DNA of 64,000 nucleotides from Batkoa obscura (Eukaryota): NCBI GenBank assembly GCA_030770535.1, contig JASVEC010000018.1, positions 248,001 to 312,000 of the forward strand, read 5' to 3'. Shown piece by piece: positions 1 to 12,030 of this stretch (position 1 is its first letter; each line of letters starts with the position of its first letter). The notes under the pieces were generated by a model. It saw only the letters and a program-made list of their open reading frames with translations, ran no database searches and was not told where the DNA came from. The position numbers and the translations under genes were made by a program.

Positions 1-572
1 GCCACTTATATAATTGGTAAGTAATAGGTGAGAAGGAAAGGTTTTGAATAGAGTTATACAGTTAGTGCTGTGATGTTATTGTATATATTTTAAATATATA
101 CAATACTTCAAATTAAATTAAATCAAATTGAATTACAAAATAGCTTTTAAGACAAGTAATTCTGTCAATTATAATATTTTCTAAATAAGATTTAATGTCA
201 TGAACATTCATGATATTGTATAATAAAGTTAAAACCTTTCAATCACCATTCAAACAAAAAAACTTTTCAAACAAAAAAACTTTTCAAATAATATTTATGA
301 TATTGTGTTTCAAGGTTCCTTTTATGTAGTACTTTAATTTAATTATTAAAGTTTTGACTTATCAAAAATGATTGTTCTAACAGTTTTTAGTCTATATTTC
401 AATAACAATTAACAAATACCATTAAAAAGGTATCAAATTTAAATATTTATTTTTTTATCAGAGCATTGGAAATATTAATATCTTAAAGTTATGACTTTCT
501 AAAGATATCAAAACTTCAGTTTAGGTGTTTCCATTGAACTAGTTATTAAGCCATTACAGGTCAGCAAAGAAC

Positions 573-1358
573 TTATCTTTTAATAACACCAAGATAATCA
601 TCTAACATGGATCCAATAGCAACCTAAAAAATTCCAGAATCTTAACAATAAATAATCCAAAAATTTACCACCGCATTTGCATCAACTCTAGTAGATATAA
701 TTTTAACTCGGATAGCTGTATCTTTGCCAATAACCTTATTTATAATAAAAAATATTATTTTCGATATATTTTAAAACTTTACTTGATCCTCAAAACTAAA
801 ACAGTTATTTATCCCTGCAGAATCATGAGTAAATCTCGAGGGTATATTCTATTTACATAGTTAATTTATCAAACAAAACTTTGTAATTAAAGTTTACTAT
901 TTTTGAAATAAAAATACTCAATGGTCCGCACATTGCAAAGAACCCTTGCTATTCATATTATTAAATCAAAGTTTAAAAAACTACTAGTCTATCTTACTGA
1001 GTTCACACTTGCAACCACCGCATCGACCACTTCTCCTTTCATAGGTTTTAAAACAATGGCATTATATTTGACATCAAACTCAGCAAGCCCATTTCCTGGT
1101 ATAATTTTACCACTCGAAATCTCAGCCAAACTTACCACACATATTATATACCCATAAAGTCCAGAGCATTTCCCTTCCACATCATTATGTACTTTTTCTT
1201 GAATTTGGCTTCTTAATGTTGTGCCAAAGAAAGAGGGATGTAGTTGAATGGTGTGGGATAATTGTTTCTAGGTTATTAATATTAATTTAAATCAGCCATA
1301 AACGGAGTCCGTATTATTTTTTGCGTCTTTTGTTGTGCTTGCTTACCAAATAAAACAT
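573..1358 (-). CDS. RPB7: RNA polymerase II subunit RPB7 (multi-exon)
   Basis: Spliced reading: MFYL|KQLSHTIQLHPSFFG...VEGKCSGLYGYIICVV...VLKPMKGEVVDAVV...QGFFAMCGPLSIF...IRVKII...AIGSMLDDYLGVIKR*. ATG at 1358, TAA at 573-575, GT-AG introns. Confidence 0.93.
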
Positions 1359-1608
1359 TTTAAATAAAATTTGAAAAAAATGAAATTAGAGATCACAAAC
1401 TATATTTTTAGTACTACAAGTCAACCAATTAAATTCATTCTGAGAAGTTCAAATAAATAACAATTCATCACCACACTGCTATTAGACAGTAACAATTTTT
1501 AGTATTTAAAAATAGATAGTTACGTTAATAATTAAAATAATAAAATCAAAAGTGATAAAAGTTTAATATATTTTTTGAAATATCTACTATTTAAAATAGA
1601 ACAATAAC

Positions 1609-3494
1609 TTAGTTGGCAAGCCCATAATCCAGTTCAAAGTGTTTATGAGAAATATACAAAACAACGATAGATAATAAAGAGGATATTAAAAATATCAAAT
1701 CAAACCAGCGGTAAAAGAAATCAAAGCTAATATTACCCAAAACTAAACTCAATGAATTTCTATTTAAAAGCATATTATTAGTACTATTTTTTAACAATAT
1801 CTTAAAAATTACCTATAATTTTCTGGAAAGTTCGATCGCATCAATAAAACAGTACTTAAAAAATACATTCCCATTGTTTCCGCTAGAAACAATATCAGAT
1901 TTTCCCTTAAGGTTTGAGATGTAAATACTTTAGTAAGCTAAAATTATGTTATCATAAGCTTCTTAACTAGTATTACCATCAATACGATTTACCTTCATGA
2001 AATAAATTAATAGACTACGAATAGAAAATACGACCAACACTCCAATTAAAACAAAACTAAGCTGCTGTGCCCAAAACTTTTGATTCAGTTTCAAGTTCCA
2101 AAATTTTACTAAAATAGATAATCCCATAGTCACTGGATCTGTTTTTTCATTTCGATCTAATATGATATTTATAAAAGACTAAACATTGTTAGCATATGTA
2201 TGCTATGATATAATATTTTTTACCATGAATATCCTGTATATACAATAAGCACCAAATATATATCCTAAAGCATCCATGGCCTTTCCTTTAACTGTTCCAG
2301 AATGATTTAATCGATCCTATTTATAAATATAATTGATTTTTCTTTGTGATAAAGCTATTATACCTTTCTTCTATTTAGTTGATTAACTTCAGAACTTATT
2401 TGGGATTGTAGATTCGCTAAGGTATCAATTTCGCTTTGTACGGATTGAGAATCTAATAAATAATAGATTTAAATGTGATTTTGATAGTGCAATAAGCTTA
2501 CTTCTTGTAGTTAATCCTTGGGATATATTATTTATCATTGAAGTAAAGAATCCAGATTCATTGCCCTAAAAAAATTAGATATATTATTTAAAGGAGACAA
2601 ATAAAGTTACTCTTTGTTCTTCCTTAAATTGGCTTAATTCTAAAGTTAATTGTTTTTGTTTTTCGCTAACTATTTGCAAGGTATTTGTAAGCTCAATCTC
2701 ATTCTTATTGATTTCATCTAGATTAGCTTGGCTAACAAAGTAAATAAATAATCTCAATATAAAAACACAAATATATATATACTGTAATAAAGGTAGATAG
2801 GTATAGGCGTTATAAATGGCGCCGAACCCAGATAATACAGAGATTAAACCTACGCCTACTTTCCCTACTCGAGTTAAACTTTGGATAAAAATCCATTCCG
2901 CTAAAATATTAATCATCAAAAATTAATTGAGAACTAAAAATTTACATAAACCAACAGACCCAAAAGGGGTCTTTTCTTCATATCCAATCTTCCAAAACAG
3001 AGATAGCCATATTAGCCACAATACTGAAATAGCGGATATTTTTGCTTTAAGGGTCAAACCTAGATTTATTAGCTATAAGCTATGTAGAATCAATTCCTTT
3101 ATTACCTGAAAATGGCTTTTTAGTCAGCATATAAATTTGAAGCAAAGGCAAAATCACAATTAACATCAGTAATGTGGCCCCTATACAAAACTTCCAATAC
3201 CAAACTCGGAGACTATTATACAAATTAGTTATATAATAGGTAATAAAAACCCAGCTCTTACTCTTGCATCCACTCCAGAATTTCAAATAACATCAATACA
3301 CACAGCCCACCTGACAATGAAAAAATAATCGAAAACCAAGCCGGTACTCCCAATGCTGATTCTTTTCGAATATCATAATCTTGATACAACTGACGTACTA
3401 GAAAATAACGCCCTACATAGAATAAACTAGCTTGAAGTGCTATCATTAGCATCCCACTAGGTACTAAGGCTAATAAGCTACTTTCATTTTGCAT
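1609..3494 (-). CDS. Golgi pH regulator / GPR89 (ABA-GPCR-like) membrane protein (multi-exon)
   Basis: Exon ORFs carry GPR89-family motifs: FLVRQLYQDY, FSIIFSLS, FWKIG..DPF, RVGKVGVGLISVLSGFGA, FDFFYRWFDLIFLISSLLS. Confidence 0.88.
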
Positions 3495-4038
3495 TTTGAT
3501 TAGAACTGATTTTTGGTTAAAAAGTTATTGTTGTGTTTTCATTCTTTGCCAAAAAAAGTGACTAGATCATTCCTAAATTGGTAAGTGGGCATATAAATTT
3601 TATTAAGTTGTTGCTTTTAAAAGTGAATTTATCCGTACTTTATAGCCCTTTTTAATAGGTAATTGTTGGATAAGGAAGTGCAAATGTTCAAATGAATTGA
3701 CAGAATTTAAAGCTGCAAACTATGTTGAACCCCCACTTGATACATTTTATTTCGAAAATAACAACTCAGTAAATAAAAATGAAAAAATATTAATTTATAA
3801 TGTGTTGACTTGGAAACATGTACCTAATATTAATAAGAGTATATCTTTTTGTATTTGTTATCAACATTATATAATATCATTATTTGTAATACTAAGACTT
3901 TTTCATAAAAAGTTGAACTTTAAAATGAACAAATTTTTAATTAAAGCTAAAAATATCCCATAAGTATTAAGGCGAAAAACTCAAATTGCAATTGTTTATT
4001 TTTAATATCCAATTCATATAGAAAATCAAAAATAGAAA

Positions 4039-5310
4039 ATGTTTAGAAGAGCACTAACACTATATAAAAATAACATAATAAACAGCTTGGGGGCCACTAT
4101 CAAAGCCACTATCCCTAAGCCCAATATAACGAGTTTGAGATTATCAAGTAGTGATTCGACACAAAGTTTAGGCCAAAAGTATCAAGTTTTTAGACCCGAA
4201 ATAGAGTATGAAAGAGTAGAAGTTAACGAAATTGAACAGAATGAATTTGATCCAAAAAGCTCAAAACGTTGTGGCTTAATAGCAAAGAAAAAAGGAATGA
4301 CCTGCATATGGGACGAAAGTGGTAATCAGATCCCATGCACTGTGTTACAGGTATGCATTTAAATGTACTAATAAGCTATAAAAACAAGATAATTTTATGG
4401 CAAAAAATAAACATACTAATATTTAAAATCAAAAGGTCGAAGATTGCCAAGTAGTATTCCAAAAAACTGAAGAAGTGGACGGCTATTTAGCTTTACAGCT
4501 TGGTGCTGTAAACCGTGAACAACATAAAGTTAGTAAACCCCTTCTTGGACATTTTATTAGTAATGGCGTTGAACCAAAGCATCGTTTAGTCGAATTTAAA
4601 GTTACCTCTGACGCTACTTTGCCTGTTGGTAAGTTTTTTAGAGTTAAAATGTTCATCATTTATCACTTTACATTATACTAATAACAATCTAGGAACCACT
4701 TTATCTGCAGCTCACTTTTTACCTGGCCAATTTGTTGATGCTCGTGCACCAAGGTAAGATTATTCATGAGTCAAATTGATTGTCCTAATTGTAAATAGTA
4801 AAGGTAAAGGTTTCCAAGGTGGTATGAAGCGCCATGGATTTGCAGGTTTAAGAGCGTCTCATGGTGTATCTTTAACTCATCGTTCTATTGGTTCTACAGG
4901 TCAACGTGCTCAGCCTGGTAAAGTTTTCAAGGGTAAAAAAATGCCTGGTAGAATGGGCGGGAATTTTGTTACAGTACAAAACTGTAAAGTAAGTTTTGAA
5001 TTAAATCTTAGAATTTTATTGATCAAATAATTTAAAAATAACTTTTTAGGTTATCAAAATCGACACTGAATTAAATTTGATTTATTTAAAAGGATGTATC
5101 CCAGGCTTTAATGAACAATATGTCACTTTAGTAGACTCAGTTAGAAAGATAGGACTTCAAAAATATGGACTTAGTAAACAGCAAAGTTATCAACCACCTC
5201 AAGGTTTCAAACCACCTTTCCCTACCTATAACCCAGCTTTATTAAAAGATACCCCTAGAGAACTAGTCGCTAAACTCAATGTTAAAGAAGTTCCAATTAC
5301 TAAATCTTAG
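4039..5310 (+). CDS. Mitochondrial ribosomal protein uL3m (multi-exon)
   Basis: Basic N-terminal targeting-like peptide; uL3 motifs [76 protein letters not shown]. Confidence 0.93.
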
Positions 5311-5526
5311 ACTGTTGACGACCTATAATCTTGGCAACTAACTTAAAATAATAAAATTAAAAGAAGTTTAATGCTTTTTTGCTATTATACGATGGTATTC
5401 ATGACTATTTTATTTTTTTAAGATTTGTTGCAGTTTATTAAAGATTTTCCTTATTTTATTTTAAATAGAGATATTTATTAAAATACAAAATGCATCAATA
5501 TTTTATACTTATGAAATTTAAGATAT

Positions 5527-5621
5527 GGGGATGTTTATTTTTATTCCATTACTTTCCATTTTTTAAGCGCTATTTGAGTGGAAAAATTGTTAGTAAAATT
5601 CTTACGAAAAAATACATCCCC
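5527..5621 (+). mobile_element. MITE family A, copy 1 (defines the + orientation)
   Basis: GGGGATGT...ACATCCCC terminal inverted repeats, core TTAAGCGCTATTTGAGTGGAAAAATTGTTAGTAAAATTCTT, ATAT on both sides. Confidence 0.85.
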
Positions 5622-5708
5622 ATATAGTGTAATGCAAACTTAATACTTTAATGATGATATTTTAAATATTCATTATAAGCATTTTAATTAAAAAACTAAT
5701 TAACAAAT

Positions 5709-5807
5709 GGGGGTGTATTTTTGTATTTAAGAATTTTATTAGAAATCTTTTCGCTTAAATAGCGCTCAAAAGATAGAAAAGGTAATGAAACCAAAAAAAA
5801 CATCCCC
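5709..5807 (-). mobile_element. MITE family A, copy 2
   Basis: Reverse-orientation copy. The flanks extend the inverted repeat (AATTAACAAAT / ATTTGTTAATT). Confidence 0.85.
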
Positions 5808-5855
5808 ATTTGTTAATTTAAAAAACATGAGTATTAAGTTTGCATTACACTATAT

Positions 5856-6420
5856 GGCGATGTATTTTTTCGTTTAAGAATTGTGAAATATCACTTTGTC
5901 AGTCTCATGGTTAATTATACCATAACAATCGCCTAAGCTGTTGTGTTCTTGAGTTCAGAGAAAATTAATCCCACGTTCTTGTTTTGATTTGCTATGAGAA
6001 TTTCCAGCTCCATCCCAAAGAACATTATCTTCTCATTTTGATATTTATACTTTTCAGAGTATAAAACAGTTTACAGAGTATAATAGTTCGAGGCTTTTTA
6101 ACTGAATTAATCCCTGATATCTCGAACATTTAATAAAGCCACTAAGTTTTCTTAATAGTATTTTACATAGATTTTACATTAGTATTGTCTATTCTATTTG
6201 TCTTATATAGCTTGTAACCTATTACGTGCTATTCCTCATAACCCAAGTCTATCTTAGTCACATAAACTAAGACCTTTCGACTTATAGTGTAGTCAACCCA
6301 GCAATAGCTGTTCTTGACTCCAAACCCTGAGTACCAGATTTCACAGAATTTTACTAACAATTTTTCCGCTCAAATGGCGCTTAAAAAATGGAAAGTAATG
6401 GAATCAAAAAAAACATCCCC
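5856..6420 (-). mobile_element. MITE family A, copy 3, interrupted by a solo-LTR-like insertion
   Basis: Left part 5856-5881 (GGCGATGTATTTTTTCGTTTAAGAAT) and right part 6346-6420 (GAATTTTACTAAC...ACATCCCC) join into one copy once 5882-6345 and one GAAT are removed. Confidence 0.85.
5882..6345 (+). mobile_element. Solo-LTR-like element B, copy 1 (464 bp)
   Basis: TGTGAAAT...ATTTCACA ends, GAAT duplicated on both sides, TATAAAA (~6060) followed by AATAAA (~6132). Near-identical to 6423-6822 and 30795-31258. Confidence 0.8.
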
Positions 6421-6422
6421 AT

Positions 6423-6822
6423 TGTGAAATCTGGTACTCAGGGTTTGGAGTCAAGAACAGCTATTGCTGGGTTGACTACACTATAAGTCGAAAGGTCTTA
6501 GTTTATGTGACTAAGATAGACTTGGGTTATGAGGAATAGCACGTAATAGGTTACAAGCTATATAAGACAAATAGAATAGACAATACTAATGTAAAATCTA
6601 TGTAAAATACTATTAAGAAAACTTAGTGGCTTTATTAAATGTTCGAGATATCAGGGATTAATTCAGTTAAAAAGCCTCGAACTATTATACTCTGTAAACT
6701 GTTTTATACTCTGAAAAGTATAAGTATCAAAATGAGAAGATAATATTCTTTTGGGTGGAACTAGAAATTCTCATAACAAATCAAAATAATTAACCATGGG
6801 ACTGACAAAGCGATATTTCACA
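6423..6822 (-). mobile_element. Solo-LTR-like element B, copy 2 (inverted, ~64 bp internal deletion)
   Basis: Reverse complement of copy 1 with TG...CA ends; CCCAT duplicated at 6418-6422 and 6823-6827. Confidence 0.8.
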
Positions 6823-7563
6823 CCCATATATTCATTATTAAGTTAAAGATAGCTCAAAGTATTTTCCACCATTTTAAAACTAAAATGTAGTTAAATCTAT
6901 TTTTCATCTCTTGGTTGGATTTATTTATTTTGGGCTAGCACTTTATTTCTAAAAAAAGGAATTGATTTTTAGGAGTCCTTTTGTTTTAAAAAGGCAAAGA
7001 GTTCAAAATTGCAAAATTTGCTCCAACCATCTATCTAACTTTAACAATGATAAATTAAATTATAATAAACAATAGCTTTTTAAAATATCATCTTAATTTT
7101 TGGTTTAAAGATTTTTGATAAGGATGTTTTCGCTTATATTTTTTATTCAAAATATTATAATTAAATATATGGAAATTTTCCTTCAAATCAACAATTTGGT
7201 TAGTAGATTTAAAAAATTTCAAAATTTACGCTACATAGAAAATAAACAAATATAGTAAATTAGAAAATCTTAATCAAACTTTTAAACTTATTCACTTCAA
7301 AGTTATTAAAAATATTAAAATACCAAAGTTAATGTTAATTGAAGTCATTAGTCTGTTAAGATACTCCCTGCCAAAAAGTGTTTGTGAAACATGATTAGAA
7401 ACTTATCAAGAGTAATTATACTACCATTTAAGTTACTACATATAATATAAATAATAATATTAATAAAAAGTAATATTCTTCATGTGAATAAGCTTTGATT
7501 TGACTAATAAAAAAATGTCAGATTAAATTGATCTTAACTATAGAAAAACATTTTTATAGATAA

Positions 7564-7658
7564 GGGGATGTTTTTTTGACTTCATCATTTCTATTCTTTA
7601 AGCGCTGTTTGAGCGGAAAATTTGGTAGCAAAATTCTTAAACCTAAAAATACATCCCC
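7564..7658 (+). mobile_element. MITE family A, copy 4
   Basis: GGGGATG...CATCCCC with ATAA on both sides. Confidence 0.85.
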
Positions 7659-8148
7659 ATAAAAAGCTTTTGTTAAAAAAAGTTAGAAAAGATGACTAAA
7701 TTTGAATTTGAATATGAGTCATAAATCACATTTTTAAAATCAAATTTGGATAATGATTGTTAAATAATATTACAAATATTATCTAGATTTATTGTATTAG
7801 AATAAGCATAGAATAATGTAAGATTGAATTTAGTGTGGTTAGAAGTTGCCTTTACGTTGTATAAAATAATATTAGTATATGTCTTGGTTTAAGTACAATA
7901 AATCTCAATATTTTAAAATGCCCTTAATGAATCATATCAAAAAGTGATTCAAACAAGTTAGAATCCCAATATACTTTTGTCCTTTTAAATTATTCTACTA
8001 TAATTGTAGCTATTTAAAAATAGTTTCAAGTCTGTTTCAGGCTGATATACAGCTGTTACAACTCTATTCCAGCCTGTTTGCACTAATTTTTAGAACCATT
8101 AATATATCTTTAGTCTTTTAATGGCCAATCACTAACCTTTAGCTATAT

Positions 8149-8238
8149 GGAGGTGTTTTTTTGGGTTTATTTTTTACATCTTTTAAGCCCTCATTTGAGC
8201 GAAAAAATTGTTAGTAAAATTCTTAAAAAAGTACATCC
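8149..8238 (+). mobile_element. MITE family A, copy 5 (diverged)
   Basis: Core ATTTGAGCGAAAAAATTGTTAGTAAAATTCTT with ATAT on both sides. Confidence 0.75.
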
Positions 8239-9245
8239 ATATATTCTAGCAAAGTTTTACTATTAAATAAACTGTTAATTAAGCTGTGACAGAGTTGCAG
8301 AGGCTATAATGCGCTTAAGTTTGAATAATGATTTAATACCAACTTTTTTGAATTTCTAGCATTAAGGGTTATTTTTGTTTCAAGAGTAACATTAATTTCT
8401 AAATTAAATAAATTTAATCGATTAATAAACTTTACATAATAAGCAACACAACAGCTTGGGATTTAAAAAACTTAAAACTTATTTGGCTTTACAAAACCCT
8501 TAACATGTCATTTAATCTATTAGTTATTCCAATAGTCAGTATAGTTATAAATAATACAATTATATTTTTAACATTCGTATTGGTATATCAGGGAATATTA
8601 TTGAAACCTTCATACTTTGCATTTTGGTTTTTGTCATTTTTCTGTTTATTGACATTTGGATATTGTAGCTAAATTTTGTAAAAACATAAAACTGGGAGGG
8701 ATTATAAAGTAGCATAATTAAGTTACCATGGGAATAAACGTAAGATTTTCATATAAGTTGTAAAGATAGAAAGCAAGAAGCAAGAAACGATTGTGCACTC
8801 AGACTAATAATTTTACCAACTTCGTGAAGGTGATTCTACTTTTTAAAAGTAATACAACTTTATTTTTTAAGATTGTGTTAGTTGTATCTCTTATGATCGT
8901 CTATATTAAGTGCGCTATTGTTTACTATGTTCCTTATAATAAATATTAGATATTTATCAAATATTTCCACAAGGTACGATTATATTAGCTTAAATTAATA
9001 ATCGTAAATATTTCTATAGCATTATACAAGTGATAAACTTACAAAGAACATGATTGGAAACATAAGATTAAGAATAACCCGCTAAAATTAGCTTTCAATA
9101 AGAAAAGTAAAAACCTATTTTTATGATCCTTGCTCCAGTAAGGGTAGTGTTTCATTTTAGCTTTCTGTTTTAATTGATTTTAAGATAAAAATCTATTATA
9201 TGAACAAAGGGAAGCTTTTTTGTTTGATTAATTGATCTAGCCTTA

Positions 9246-10133
9246 ATGTATATCTTTACACCTTTTTATTTGACAGCTATTTGCGCAACTTCAATATGTC
9301 TAATAGTCAATTCATTTTTAATTTATTTTGCAAGCAAATTATCTTGTAAAGGATTTGATGTAAAGTTGATAATGGCTTTAGCTTTTTTAGAGTTTCTTGC
9401 ACCGATTGCAGTGCTATCTGATCTCATCTATTATTTTATTAAAGGACAAAAATTAATAGAAAATCAATATGGGTGTTCATTTTATGGTTTTATAATATTA
9501 TTTATTTATCAATACGAAATTGTTTTAAACGCTTTATTATCGATGGAAAGATTAGGAAAAATTAAAAAGTCAGTGTTGTTCGAATATGCTTATCGTCCTG
9601 TAATAATTAACTTAACTATTTTTACACTTCTATTAATTACTTGTGCTGCAACAAATTCATTTGCAATTTCATCATCAAAACTAAGCTGTTTACTAGATGT
9701 TAGAAACAATATATTAGCTTCGGTCACTTATCATTATTCTCTTTTAAGTTGTTTTATTGGTGTTGGATTATTATCATATTCATACTATTGTATAGCTAAT
9801 GAGATTAGTGAATTTAAAGAAATTGTGTCAGCAGAACTAGGATCTAGTAGTGAAGCAGGTAGTGGAAAAACGTTCTCAAGTTTGAAAAAGGCATCGCTTA
9901 AAGTATACTTGATCTTAGCTATCTACGTAACATGTATGCTTGTTTCGCTTATCAGTTTATTTGTCGAATCGACATTCAAGTATGTATATGATGATTCTTT
10001 TAAACAAGCCAAGGAACTCAACTCAACTGCTAGTATTTTATTTGTTTTCGGAATGATTTTCAATGGATTGTTAGTACTTACATTACATAGTGGAATTGCA
10101 GGCGAAGTAAAATCTTTTCTGCAAAAAACATAA
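9246..10133 (+). CDS. Seven-transmembrane, class A (rhodopsin-like) GPCR-like protein, intronless
   Basis: 295 aa with about seven hydrophobic segments, Cys at the start of TM3 (GCSFYG) and in ECL2 (LSCLL), a DRY-like LSMERL and an NPxxY-like NGLLVLTLH. Confidence 0.7.
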   Translation: MYIFTPFYLTAICATSICLIVNSFLIYFASKLSCKGFDVKLIMALAFLEFLAPIAVLSDLIYYFIKGQKLIENQYGCSFYGFIILFIYQYEIVLNALLSMERLGKIKKSVLFEYAYRPVIINLTIFTLLLITCAATNSFAISSSKLSCLLDVRNNILASVTYHYSLLSCFIGVGLLSYSYYCIANEISEFKEIVSAELGSSSEAGSGKTFSSLKKASLKVYLILAIYVTCMLVSLISLFVESTFKYVYDDSFKQAKELNSTASILFVFGMIFNGLLVLTLHSGIAGEVKSFLQKT

Positions 10134-10615
10134 ATAGTTTGAGGATATAAATGTAGAGTTTGTTTAGGAGATGAAACGATCAAATAAGTGTCTGAGCTAT
10201 ACTTAGGTTTATATCCTTTAGCTCGCCTCATCTTAGGACTAAAGGAAGCATACAATCGTTGTTTTAAATAAGTTGATGAGTATAGGTATTGAATAAACAA
10301 CATAAAAATTAAAACATTAAGTAACTTTTTTGAGTAATTTAAATAGTTGATAGTTACAGGACAAAAAAGGTTTTATAGATGGCTTTAAATGGCTAACTTT
10401 GATAAAAATAAATGGAAAAATGCTAGCTTTATCAATGCTTTTATTGATAGTTTTATTAAAAGGATTGTAAATATTATGCTTTGTTAGCCTTTAAGCTAAA
10501 GCATATTCAGGGTACTTCTAACATAAAACAACCTTTATTCAAAAAGTTATTATATTAAAATTTTATGTGCACTTTGTAGTTTAAAAAATTAAAAGTTGAT
10601 AGGAAAGTAATATAT

Positions 10616-10706
10616 GTATGTATTTTTGTGTTCAAGAATTTTGCTAACGATTTTTCCGCTTAAATGGGGCTTAAAAGATGTAAGTAATGAGATAAAAAAA
10701 ACTTCC
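10616..10706 (-). mobile_element. MITE family A, copy 6 (diverged ends)
   Basis: Core AAGAATTTTGCTAACGATTTTTCCGCTTAAAT..GCTTAAAAGATG. Confidence 0.7.
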
Positions 10707-11040
10707 ATCTCTATATCTAAATTCAAACTCATAGTTGTTTTTTATAATATATATTTGTATTTAGTTTCATGGTTTATTTTTAAGCTTTGTTAAATTTAAT
10801 CTGATATGTGCATTAGTTGTAGATTAAAGATTACCTACTAAACGTACTGCCTTCTACTAACCCAATTATTAGTCCTCTATATATCAACTTAAACGATGAT
10901 GAAATCGATTTTTTAATGACTTCAATATTTTGAGTATCTCTTACCAGAAAGCATACTAACAATCTGCTTAACTTTAAATCGTACTAACACTGATGTACTA
11001 TGATTTTTAAGCAAACTCAAACATGAAAATTTTTCTATAT

Positions 11041-11141
11041 GGGGGGATGTATTTTTAGGTTTGAGAATTCTACTAATAATTTTTCCACTCAAATAGCGCT
11101 TAAAAGATGGAAAAAGTAATGAAGCCAAAAAAAACACTCCC
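11041..11141 (-). mobile_element. MITE family A, copy 7
   Basis: GGGGGGATGT...CACTCCC with ATAT on both sides. Confidence 0.85.
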
Positions 11142-11618
11142 ATATTGTTATTTTATAGTACTTAAATTAGATTTTAAGCTATATTTTATGTTTTTTGCCC
11201 TTTTCTTGGTTTGCTAATATTTTTATAAGATACATATACTTTGTAAAAATCCTTCCTAGATGGGTGTCGCCGTTAAAATGATCTCTCATAGCATTTCAAA
11301 TACACCTTATGGCTCAAAGACTATTAGCAAGCCTGCGCAAAATTTTAAAAAAGGAAAGGTTCAGATAAATAAATAAATCTTTATATACTATCAAAAAGTC
11401 ATTGGATGCAAATGAGGCTCAAAGAACCTTTTGATAACAAATTTCATTATCTAGACTCAAGTATAATACCAACCTACATCATTAGAAAATTATCTAATCC
11501 CATGTGTCTAAAATTAAGACATTTAATATGCTGAGATTAAAATTAAAATAAGGTATTATTAATTTAATAGTTTATTTTCAAAATTTAATATACATTACAA
11601 AAATCATCAATTTTAAAT

Positions 11619-12030
11619 TTAAAAATCGACTAAATTATCTGAAAAAGAGGAACTTCTTCCACGACTATCACTAAAATCCGAAAGATTAATGACGATATCA
11701 TCATTATCTCTGTACGCATAAACTGACTCTGCGCTTCTTGGAATATCAGTGATTCTTCTTTCGCTACTTTGAAGCAAAACACGCCCATAACAATCTCTTT
11801 CGTTATATACCTTGGCTCTATAACCACGTGGTAAATTAATTACTCTAACGTCACGATCAAGGTTTACACAAATCTTTGATGCTCTTGTTTCTGGAATGGT
11901 GAGAACCTCACTTCGTCTTTCTAATTTATGGTTTAGTTTGTTATTTTATCAAAATTTTAAGAAAATTACCTAAACTTGCTCCGTAAACTAAGGGAGCTAA
12001 TAAGGCTATTACATAGATTTTTTTAAACAT
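11619..12030 (-). CDS. Small secreted protein, 120 aa, two exons (absent from the ORF track)
   Basis: Exon 1 12030-11970 (MFKKIYVIALLAPLVYGASL, signal-peptide-like); GT-AG intron 11969-11921; exon 2 11920-11619 open (ERRSEVLTIPETRASKICVNLDRDVRVINLPRGYRAKVYNERDCYGRVLLQSSERR...NLVDF*). GC is higher than the flanks. Confidence 0.8.

Noticed and set aside
251..288. 17-bp tandem duplication CAAACAAAAAAACTTTT
   Set aside because: Simple slippage repeat with no evidence of function.
9923..10303. Antisense or shadow ORFs (also 921, 2927, 14104, 14440, 16817, 21036, 21848, 23109, 24830, 26585, 43186, 51976, 54320, 58795, 59852, 60439, 62486)
   Set aside because: They overlap well-supported genes on the other strand or frame and have no recognisable motifs.
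10922..11143. Apparent small protein family (ORFs 10922-11143, 46833-47030, 50886-51101 sharing KRYLSGK..SKILK)
   Set aside because: The shared peptide is simply the translation of the MITE.
11630..11827. 65-aa ORF in the track
   Set aside because: Alternative frame of the real two-exon secreted-protein gene at 11619-12030.
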